Positions 57,701 to 64,000 of a DNA stretch of 64,000 bases are shown piece by piece. This stretch comes from a virus. The notes below the pieces were generated by a model, which was not told the DNA's origin, did no database searches, and was given only the letters and a program-made list of their open reading frames with translations. Position 1 is the stretch's first letter; the number at the start of each line of letters is the position of its first letter. The DNA lies in the IMG/VR virus record IMGVR_UViG_3300005098_000017, positions 64,001-128,000 of that record, one strand, 5' to 3'. The position numbers and the translations under genes were made by a program.

Positions 57701-58775
57701 TACATCGATGGCTGGTAAAGCTGATGTGATAAGAACAGGGTATGCATTAGCATTGCAGCATATATATAAATTAAGAGCTGAAGGGCTTTCATATCAGGAT
57801 ATAAGTAAGATCATGGGATTAAGCATTCCAGAAGCATTTGGTCAAGTATTTGATAAATGGATGGCGGCGGGTTCTGAAAGACAGAAGATGATTCTCACAT
57901 TTGAAAGGGAAATACTCGATAAGGTATTAAAGATGAAGCGTGGTGGTTCTCCAGAGGCGATGGCTGAAGCAATAAATAATCTTGCTAATGAGTTGCTGGA
58001 GTATAGTAAGGTTTCATCATCTGTTGCGAAGAAAGGACATGAGTTAATAGATAAATTTGTTGCAGAAATTGATTGGGAGAAGATGGGATTGAAGCCGCGT
58101 GATGCTTTATACATGATGGGGTGGTTATTAAGAAACACGCAATGGACTATCCGTAATTCCAGTTATCTTGTTACGAGACAATCGATAAATAGAGGTCTTA
58201 TTGAAGCATATGCGATGTTTGCATCCCGTTTGCTGAGTCAACCGACGGGTCCTACGGTAAGCCCGACATTGTTAGATGCATTGTCGGGTGAGGTATTAAG
58301 GGGCATGGCAAAGGAGCCGAAGCCATTGAATGAATTACTTGGCGAGCAAACAGCAAATATGAGGTTTAGGGAGGCATTGGCGGGCTTCCTTACAAAAACA
58401 TTTGAGAATTTATCTAAATCAAGAAAACATAGATTGCTATTAGCAGGTGCATTGGCTGGGATAGCGGGATATATATTAAGCGGGCCGAAATTAAGAGGAG
58501 ATATATTTTCATTTGGTATCGATATAGGCACAGTGCATGGATTGGAGCCGAGCTTCTTTGATGGTAGATGGACATACCCTGAGTTGCCCCGAGGGGAGGA
58601 TATAAGGGGTTTGGAGAATCCATATCATAAAAGGAAAATTTATATTCTACGTAATATAAGGCGCAGGAACCCTGCATTATTTAATGAGTTAAGGAGGCGC
58701 GGTATAATTCAAGAGTGGGAAATGTCGGCGCCTTATGATTACCCACGCAGAGAAAGGAAGGTGATCTATGTATGA
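51714..58775 (+). CDS. Giant protein (2353 aa): putative single-chain two-barrel RNA polymerase with an N-terminal DEDD exonuclease-like domain
   Basis: Colinear GEGHMFIHRRL, KWVTYYQKG, GRMP and MDP...LGDWDTDRL motifs; exonuclease-like MDAEW/GKN/HFGEQD. Confidence 0.65.
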   Translation: MAVIRKKHTYLRTFTRRKEREKGNRFAKFGLGVAALVPIVYLVRGRGFERLHDFLKTFAEASYKKEARASEASLWAYGPLDRIKKAFMDNPFLSVLGNVTKKEAQGRSVREVLNKLKDIVELLREYYSVAEIRKLFNEDIIPYADKASKLIVEEEKQLVYKYQLMFERALKILTRKINEKGWLPRDPFHFRLLSKYLPHSYKFGLFYGTMPSFSAPLFEISTASGQFAQIFQREVKNLSESEVLLGQHVEQVIKDYVKKHVVVNPEWELAASEVFKHLSAEEHLQVRNLVTRITEQVAKWLHRHAGIDATDLPDVHVVIKAQRYYDVPMLVAQLSVVDLRGVKRSIEIKLGVPQKSGLMAAIGNYPTANVRFAQGNRVRSIFSLKLERLGEMFEHALNDLYEGKSEDYVTRRIHRIIGRYDLYGTGRNDKAFQLVHSIVDKDFKDYAAYNAKKRFLKRAAELVLGVRKGKYRVFMDAEWVMAGISSTGTQYAVTESRRRLIWSFAIQVFDDLGNEVDKLVVFIDPKTISDEFFMSQVRRFGLSKAAAEEALKAVRGRVAMPAGYVRVDSEMEASRLICKKIKDIINKYGKDDLLVMGKNFWSSEVALLERAFKADSNILNYIKRKLVDIEDIYRLVYGAKAINRSLSVEAILDYVKVSDEGSKLLGRLLNYEPRVEVQAFANLVRSLHFGEQDNRIAYILSKIAESMVNNDPELRERVLRIYDIVAKSQGAVLSFTTQQEFMQRAYNYVKEQLKSVGVGSPNAARKWRFEYPFNPADWVPLFVPTLEKQRYQLGRGLPLSEASKRLLETLKKEYARRVLGLGEADINYLGPALISMPFKRFLEQQMLYNVRSVFTIPVFSTFFPFAGEGHMFIHRRLTELSTVVQEVISQKIPISRLENMDARMQLWAKLFESAMEAVKTSPKLGELIKSKFNNDIVKFLRAVDLSIVIGRYRGWIKDSERLANVLAQLFPGFPIKRFVGHAIGRNLRGLTIKQYMALRRGVRAPKINLGDIWKEIFSDKAAAHPLYDMLSNDNMLKLGLMDESAQAGYAQCALIREIFNRLVESGLHLTNPEQYIKYGTFVMTDRLQLGDKVVKIGYNGKLVFNKVITSYDLTGIPSLDFSLTYEIVLPTPLKWVTYYQKGMGTAQRWSLSQFPYYLIEPARFMERGELGIFIETEMTRLKEALIKKYGVREAANVMSKMTKDLNDYMNRVVNYAIKEHGLPIKLTSPLFIFNPKMMAIEGNYDLFNTLTTEQKGLLWTVFLEGLPEKVGKIGGYPSLFDYLEAKFKEHGIVVTPQERRIFRRYVQKQYALYKNKKISEKEFFETVLLKDIADERIRNWFSRLYYGDDREQLARLFDIYQIKLGKRVVELIGLGRHSPFGLGDTALTSTYKSFVRIPMQMYWDIHRWPHLEGMAQFIDAFQAQNLPIYETLLKMADMLKMSQSSIDELVKAGGIYAVPVRRFFDFVRKHMNLLRSIREDIYVPEKILEEAHGDMVRAVQMMLDLGVSLTDFKENAIKFEGAQVRAQVAKEVQDFLRQIFEEAQGKRVVIDVGRAMSVSYKNLESMIGQNDAIIRDLIKYLERMGYNKLKYIPLGTREFWDLSFHQIGRDQVIVEPQVKKLLQLMASIASIKGKVQATGVPSAQVKFEERNVFYKQFVNYLGSIASSFIGRQSLWARTAVTHLPGVEGVGLPSFLLFNKSRLLDTVVWEPFTTYVDASVIENLRGMLEAAGFSKEFIDAFYKGSPNVAFLGMPGRMPFHPGMGLIGFIKSLTKQQKKHVSSVSDAVKIYMDPLLITKVLLGDWDTDRLMALLTMTSPKGAEDITRIWKWVYGLSDQDVAFLMSYGKFRAGDRKAIGELQTFFTSVFEKMTKEQKEAYIQSKEFEDMLHKRLSAIVARMKEGYLSWFGKSEAEELSERVEFLVTGDVTKIPTTEGKVIYLPTILAQMRGYTMKIEKMWPFIQEAKEIARKEGIPFKEALAKHMADVFANRELRNVLGTSMAGKADVIRTGYALALQHIYKLRAEGLSYQDISKIMGLSIPEAFGQVFDKWMAAGSERQKMILTFEREILDKVLKMKRGGSPEAMAEAINNLANELLEYSKVSSSVAKKGHELIDKFVAEIDWEKMGLKPRDALYMMGWLLRNTQWTIRNSSYLVTRQSINRGLIEAYAMFASRLLSQPTGPTVSPTLLDALSGEVLRGMAKEPKPLNELLGEQTANMRFREALAGFLTKTFENLSKSRKHRLLLAGALAGIAGYILSGPKLRGDIFSFGIDIGTVHGLEPSFFDGRWTYPELPRGEDIRGLENPYHKRKIYILRNIRRRNPALFNELRRRGIIQEWEMSAPYDYPRRERKVIYV

Positions 58776-58939
58776 AAATTATAGTTAGAGTATCACCAAA
58801 TGCAGATATTGTTCGTGTTGAAGCGGCAATACGTAATGCTTTGATGGCGTATGATTTAGATGTACGGTCGATACAAGTGGTAACAACAGCTTTCGGACAG
58901 GAGGAGTATGCCAGAGGACCCGAAAAAACCGAGGCTTGA
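58772..58939 (+). CDS. 55-aa hypothetical protein
   Basis: Hand translation MKIIVRVSPNADIVRVEAAIRNAL...; ATGA overlap with the upstream stop. Confidence 0.6.
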   Translation: MKIIVRVSPNADIVRVEAAIRNALMAYDLDVRSIQVVTTAFGQEEYARGPEKTEA

Positions 58940-61900
58940 TTACAGGACAGCTATTATAGGTACTGTTCCTGTGATTGTTACAGATTTTAGAGTTGTTGAG
59001 AATTTTTCCTACCAGCAGATACAGACGCTACGTATGGATAATAATGTTATTTACCAGATACCCGGAAGGAATTTGTATGTTATTATTGGATTAGAATTTC
59101 CTGATGGTTATTCCATTAATACAGGACTGCGTGAGCTCCATGCCATGATGTTTCTTGCTTCCATTGTACCTATTTATAGTCCGTGGCTTAATGACATGGT
59201 TATTGCATCGTTTGATCAATATAGAGGGCTTGCTGAATTAATGGGTGTTAATACAGATGTAAACATTTATGCATTGCGTCGTTTAACGATGAGATCTGTT
59301 GAGTCGCCTTATGCTATTGGTGTTGAGATGGAGATTGCTCCCATGGATTTAGATGCGGCGCGGCTTAAACCCCAATTCCTTGTGGATGAAGAGGCAGCGC
59401 GGGCTAAATCTGAATTTATAGCGAGGTTGTTTGAGTTATATGAAACGATGAAGAGAAGTGAGGACCCGCTGGCTTATTTGGATGGCTTTACATCTATCTA
59501 CAATGATTACAAGAGGGCTGTTGCTAATAAGGTTGTCGACTTCCTATGGCAGTCAGAATTATTTAAAAGGTGGATAAGCATAATATATCCTGAGGGTGAT
59601 AAGTCACTTTTACCAGTTCAAGGGGTGCGGCTTAAACGGCAGCTTGGTATATGGAGACAAACGCCATTTGCTAATATTGTTATTCATTATCTTCATATGG
59701 CTGATGATATCGTATCGTTGCGAGATGAAATCCATAAGTATGTTTCAGATGTGGCTAGTAGTACAGCGAAAATGATCCGTGATTATGTAGCTGATTACGA
59801 ACAAATTCAGCAGGTTGGCGCGCCTCGACGATTTTTTCAAGTATTACAGACATTATATAATAGCATTAAAGGTGGCATACGCACCCGTGTTGATAGTTCA
59901 TTAATGGGTACTATAGCATTTGGCAATCAGATAAGAGAGATGTTACTTGAGGTTGCATTACGTATGGATAATGGGCAGAGAGGTAAGTTTACTAACTATG
60001 TGCAAAGGATTCTATCTCTGACGGCGGGGCCTAATCTAGTAGTCCCTGAGATGATGATGGAAGGTGAATCAGCTATTGTTACAATGTCTGATTTTCTTAC
60101 TAGATTTTTTGCGGAATTAGGTAAGAAGTTGGATACGGATTCATACAAAATTTTTGTTGATTTATTTGCTGATGTTATGTCTGAACGTATTGCGTATTGG
60201 GAGTTGTTTTCAAAGGTGATGAAATATGAGACATTTGATTTTGGTAAGTATCGTGCTACTCCAACCAGATGGGAATACACTGTGACTAATAAATTTGTAC
60301 CTCTGAGGATTGGTGATGCAGTAGCTCCCTTGTTGCAACATCTTGGTACTGACAGTCCTATATTTAGGGTGCAGTATGCATGTGGTGATGGTCTGGCCAT
60401 AAGGCAGCTAAAACAGTTAAGAGATGATGTTGATAAGGCTGTGCAACAGATAAATGAAATAGGGTCATATTTCCCTTGGATTACGAGATATATAGAGCCT
60501 ATAATATTATCCTCAACGGACGGCTTAATTGAATTTCTGGGCATGCAGCATGCGGTTTTAGATTCAGTAAGTATTAATCCGATGGAAGAAGCCGCGATGG
60601 TTGCTGAGGCTACATGTACATTTGTTGCCTCTGATATAACGATTTTTGATTACGAGCAGTTTGAGTTTGCCGATACTGTTGGTGCCAATAATTTATCATG
60701 TCTATTATTATTCTATGCATTGCGTAAATGGTACCAGGAAATTTTTGGCAAAGACCTTCCTCCGAGTGGTACTGTTGCAGAGACGGTGCAGCCATTAAAG
60801 GAAGGTGAAGATATTTCGAAGCTAAGGATTCCGTTTAAATTGTTTGATGTTATGGATTCACAGAATGTAACGAAGCGTGCATTTCAGTATGCGATGACAT
60901 TATCCAAAGCTGAGAATCAGAATTATTATAACTTCACTATCTATAATTCAGATAAAAAGGCTGTATATGCATTAAATGAGGGTGTGGTTACTAACGTAAC
61001 TAATAATCTGGTTGATGGTTATATAGTTCGTGTGAAAAACGGTGATTTTGTAACGGAGTATAGGAATCTGGGGAAATTGGCAGAGGATATTAAGCCGGGC
61101 GAAAAGGTGTTGGGTGGACAATATTTAGGGGAGGCGCGCTTCTTTGCTAGTGGAACATATCCAACCGAAGTACAGGAAAAAGAAGTTAAAATGCTACCTA
61201 ACCTATTAGGATTAGGGGTGCCTGAGGTTGTTCAAGAATACAAGAAGAAAGTAAAAACATCTGGTCCTGCGCCTTATGGGGTGTTTATATTATTTATGTA
61301 TAAAAATATTCCATTGGACCTAGAAATTTATAAAGGTAAGGAGGTTTTTGAAAAAGCAGCTAATATATCTGCGCCCACAGATATATATGCATATTTTTGG
61401 ACCCATACTAAGGATGATAAAATAACATGGGCTGGGCATACCTATGATGTGAAAAATAATCCTTATGTCCAAGGATATGTAAATAGTGTCTTAGGTGGGA
61501 TACCTATTTTAGAATCAATTTCGAATCGTGTTTTTGATGAGAAGACATTTTTTGATGTCCTTATTCGATTACTGATGGAGAAATGTATGACATGTGTATC
61601 GTCATTTGATATTGCTGGCTTGGAGCAGAAACTTGCAAATGAATTGGGTATGGAGCCGGCTTCTGCAACTGATAAAGCTGTTCCAACACAGGAGGAATAT
61701 GTGCCCGTTCTTGGCCGTCCATACTTTACCCACCCATCATTGGAAGAGATGAAACTACCAGAGCCACAATTACCTCCTAAGGTAACTCCGGCACCAGAGG
61801 AAGGAAAAATGGAAGTACCTGAGGAGAAAGTAGAGAAACCGCAGCTTTCTGCACCAAAAGAATTACCTGAGGAGGCCCCGCCAGTAGAGGTGCCGCCTAG

Positions 61901-64000
61901 TGAACCACCAATGATAGAAGAAGGTGAAAAAGAGGAGGGTGATCTTTTAAATAGACTCATAGCACGTTACATGGCGCTTGTATCGCAAGATATGAAATAT
62001 TTACAGCAGTTACCACCTACCCCTATAGTTGATATGGAAGCGGTGCCTACTGATGATGAACTTATACATAGGAGAAATAGTGGTTTATGGGAGCATTTAA
62101 AGCAGCATTACACAGAGTTTGTAAAATTGGAAGCTGTATTGTCACAGAAATTTGGTGATGAATTCTTTAAGGATTTTGATGAACGGGTAAAAGCTGAGCG
62201 TGAGGAATTACGGAAACTAGAAGGTGGTGGATTATACCGTTGGGTTGTTGCAGATCGTTACCGTGAAATAATTAATGATGAATATGTGACATATGGTATA
62301 CCGTGGCAAAGTTTGAAGGATCAGGCACCCTTTGATGAATTGTTGCCATTGATAAAACAGAGACATGCTGTTGTTGTCAGTCTTATGAGGAATTTATTTG
62401 AACTGGGGAAAAATTCTTCTGAACGTGATTTCTGGGCCGTGGCTTCTTCAAGATTTGAAAATAGGCTGTCCTTCTTTAACAATGGTCTTGATCAGATTGC
62501 TGCTGAATACGGTGATAATTCAATGGAGATAATTGAATTTTATGATAATGCTTTGGTGAAGGAGCAGGATTATTTATCAGCTCTCGAAGAGGCTTATGAG
62601 AGTCAGTTGGTTAGAGAGGAAAAGAAAGAATCTATAGAGAAAAAGGATATGCCATCCAGTACTATACCACCAGCTGGTACTCCAAATCGTCTGCCTGAGT
62701 TAGAAGCAAAATATAAGGAGATCATAGGATATGAACGAGATCTATTGGAAGCGGCACAGGATTTAAAAGATCCTTATTGGAAGAATGCATTGGAGGAGTT
62801 TAACAAGCGTGTGGCTAATTATGAGAGGGATATTGAGGAGGCCGCGGGCCCAGATTTAGAAAAAATTTATGAGAATGCTATAGCTTATGAGACAATGATG
62901 CTTGATAATTATAAGACCAAATATCAGAAGCAGAGGGCTATTGGAGATTATACGAAGCCGCCAATGCCCCAGCATGTGGCGCCGGTGACGGTTCCGAGGG
63001 CTAAACCAGTAAAACCACCTACGGAAATTGTTATTCCACCAGATGAGGTAGAGATGTGGCGTGAACTGTTAGATTTTATGGCTGATAGCTATATTAGGGG
63101 TAATTTGTTTAAAGATGTTGATTTGGTAAGTAAGATAGATGCAAATGATATAGATGGGTCATTTAATGCTATTTTATCACAGATAGCATCTTCTCATATG
63201 GAATTAGATAGTGTAGATGCTGTTGCTGTGCATATAACAGCTAGTGGTCCAGCAAGTGATAATTTTATTGGAGGTTGGGAAAGATTAGCTAGAAGTTTTG
63301 ATTTACAGGGTGGTGTTGAGAAAGCTCGACGTAAGCATAAAGGAGCATATAGTATTTATCATATATTAATTGGTAATGGTTTTATAAAACATTATCGTGA
63401 TAAAATTCGGGGATTTGATTCTAAATATGATGGTTTGATTATGGTATGCCGTCCATTGACACAGATGGCGAATCATATTGGGGGATTGAATCGTCAATCT
63501 ATTAGTGTTGCATGGGTTGGTATGCCATTTATGCAAGTTCTTAGGAATAGTCGTGCATGTAAATATCCTATACAGACAGCTACTCCATTTCCTCATATAG
63601 GTTTTTGGGAATATGTGATCGAGCCGGCATATCAGTCGTTGCTAAGAGAGCATAAGCCGCCGACTTATACTGCTTTAAGACAGAGGGCATTTGAAATATT
63701 GGATGATAATGGTTGGATAGAGCCTCCTGATAAAAGTATAAATAGTCAGGTTGTGGCATTTACAAATGAGTTTTACGATAAAGTGCCGGCTTATGACTTT
63801 ACTCATTATATAGCGAATGGTGGGGTTATAACATGGCCGAGTTGGGGAGATTTGCTACAGGGTGGTAAGATGAAAATAGATGCACATGCAATACCGGGGA
63901 TAGGAGAGCGTAAGAGTGGTATATGTGTAAGCAAGATAGGGGGTAAATTTGCTCTTAAATATATTTATGGTATGAGTCCGCGTGCTTGGGATAGATTAGT
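58908..64000 (+). CDS. Giant virion protein (>1690 aa, runs off the window end) with degenerate M23 domain, Pro/Glu linker and Amidase_2-like domain
   Basis: ATG after GGAGGAG; same frame read at 60.9 kb (AVYALNEGVV...IKPGEKVLGGQYLG) and 63.2 kb (VAVHITA...YHILIG...DG...RP...HIGGLNRQSISV); absent from the track, consistent with no stop before the end. Confidence 0.8.
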   Translation, partial: MPEDPKKPRLDYRTAIIGTVPVIVTDFRVVENFSYQQIQTLRMDNNVIYQIPGRNLYVIIGLEFPDGYSINTGLRELHAMMFLASIVPIYSPWLNDMVIASFDQYRGLAELMGVNTDVNIYALRRLTMRSVESPYAIGVEMEIAPMDLDAARLKPQFLVDEEAARAKSEFIARLFELYETMKRSEDPLAYLDGFTSIYNDYKRAVANKVVDFLWQSELFKRWISIIYPEGDKSLLPVQGVRLKRQLGIWRQTPFANIVIHYLHMADDIVSLRDEIHKYVSDVASSTAKMIRDYVADYEQIQQVGAPRRFFQVLQTLYNSIKGGIRTRVDSSLMGTIAFGNQIREMLLEVALRMDNGQRGKFTNYVQRILSLTAGPNLVVPEMMMEGESAIVTMSDFLTRFFAELGKKLDTDSYKIFVDLFADVMSERIAYWELFSKVMKYETFDFGKYRATPTRWEYTVTNKFVPLRIGDAVAPLLQHLGTDSPIFRVQYACGDGLAIRQLKQLRDDVDKAVQQINEIGSYFPWITRYIEPIILSSTDGLIEFLGMQHAVLDSVSINPMEEAAMVAEATCTFVASDITIFDYEQFEFADTVGANNLSCLLLFYALRKWYQEIFGKDLPPSGTVAETVQPLKEGEDISKLRIPFKLFDVMDSQNVTKRAFQYAMTLSKAENQNYYNFTIYNSDKKAVYALNEGVVTNVTNNLVDGYIVRVKNGDFVTEYRNLGKLAEDIKPGEKVLGGQYLGEARFFASGTYPTEVQEKEVKMLPNLLGLGVPEVVQEYKKKVKTSGPAPYGVFILFMYKNIPLDLEIYKGKEVFEKAANISAPTDIYAYFWTHTKDDKITWAGHTYDVKNNPYVQGYVNSVLGGIPILESISNRVFDEKTFFDVLIRLLMEKCMTCVSSFDIAGLEQKLANELGMEPASATDKAVPTQEEYVPVLGRPYFTHPSLEEMKLPEPQLPPKVTPAPEEGKMEVPEEKVEKPQLSAPKELPEEAPPVEVPPSEPPMIEEGEKEEGDLLNRLIARYMALVSQDMKYLQQLPPTPIVDMEAVPTDDELIHRRNSGLWEHLKQHYTEFVKLEAVLSQKFGDEFFKDFDERVKAEREELRKLEGGGLYRWVVADRYREIINDEYVTYGIPWQSLKDQAPFDELLPLIKQRHAVVVSLMRNLFELGKNSSERDFWAVASSRFENRLSFFNNGLDQIAAEYGDNSMEIIEFYDNALVKEQDYLSALEEAYESQLVREEKKESIEKKDMPSSTIPPAGTPNRLPELEAKYKEIIGYERDLLEAAQDLKDPYWKNALEEFNKRVANYERDIEEAAGPDLEKIYENAIAYETMMLDNYKTKYQKQRAIGDYTKPPMPQHVAPVTVPRAKPVKPPTEIVIPPDEVEMWRELLDFMADSYIRGNLFKDVDLVSKIDANDIDGSFNAILSQIASSHMELDSVDAVAVHITASGPASDNFIGGWERLARSFDLQGGVEKARRKHKGAYSIYHILIGNGFIKHYRDKIRGFDSKYDGLIMVCRPLTQMANHIGGLNRQSISVAWVGMPFMQVLRNSRACKYPIQTATPFPHIGFWEYVIEPAYQSLLREHKPPTYTALRQRAFEILDDNGWIEPPDKSINSQVVAFTNEFYDKVPAYDFTHYIANGGVITWPSWGDLLQGGKMKIDAHAIPGIGERKSGICVSKIGGKFALKYIYGMSPRAWDRL

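Larger units (their letters stand above)
1..64000. mobile_element. Large myovirus-type bacteriophage genome segment
   Basis: Ordered terminase-portal-protease-capsid-neck-sheath-tube module, phage-type nucleotide and recombination genes, tightly overlapping ORFs, no cellular housekeeping genes. Confidence 0.97.
1..64000. repeat. Dispersed short GC-run motif AAG-S(n) / S(n)-CTT, ideal palindrome GAAGCCGCGGCTTC
   Basis: Perfect palindromes at 3433, 11633, 14122 (TAAGCCGCGGCTTA at 6014); AAGCCGGCTT at 10759, 43173, 48127; many half-sites throughout. Confidence 0.8.

Noticed and set aside
495-63596. Many short opposite-strand ORFs in the track (e.g. 17046..17459, 30450..30962, 59996..60544, 61463..61960)
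   Set aside because: Antisense or off-frame shadows of longer genes with recognisable motifs and RBSs; Ser/Ile-rich composition typical of shadows
1-64000. CRISPR array, tRNA or rRNA genes
   Set aside because: No regularly spaced direct repeats and no canonical tRNA cloverleaf seen by eye; a tRNAscan run would still be worthwhile
1-64000. Stop-codon reassignment
   Set aside because: The standard code gives dense, long, abutting ORFs, and TAA, TGA and TAG all end plausible genes

Overview
This window is a 64-kb segment of a large, AT-rich, tailed dsDNA phage with a contractile-tail (myovirus-type) module, read in the standard genetic code. The left arm (1-14.25 kb, mostly minus strand) carries nucleotide, recombination and lysis genes: thyX, class II ribonucleotide reductase, RecA-like, RuvC-like, RNase HII-like, an M15 peptidase and a putative HTH replication protein. 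It also holds a small island of two paralogous secreted proteins with T9SS-type C-terminal tails next to a GT4+GT2 glycosyltransferase. From 14.37 kb the genes run on the plus strand: three GroES-like genes, a metallophosphoesterase, a cluster of very basic proteins, intein-containing terminase and portal, prohead protease, capsid, neck, sheath, three tube-fold paralogs and three giant proteins. Main observations: (1) the 2353-aa protein carries colinear beta- and beta'-like motifs of a two-barrel RNA polymerase (R-x-P ... GDWDTD) behind a DEDD exonuclease-like domain, making it a candidate virion RNAP; (2) the phage encodes T9SS-sorting-domain proteins, including a stand-alone domain inside the tail operon; (3) a GC-run motif (AAG-S(n) / S(n)-CTT, ideal form GAAGCCGCGGCTTC) recurs genome-wide in all reading frames. 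All assignments come from motif reading by eye; no searches were run.
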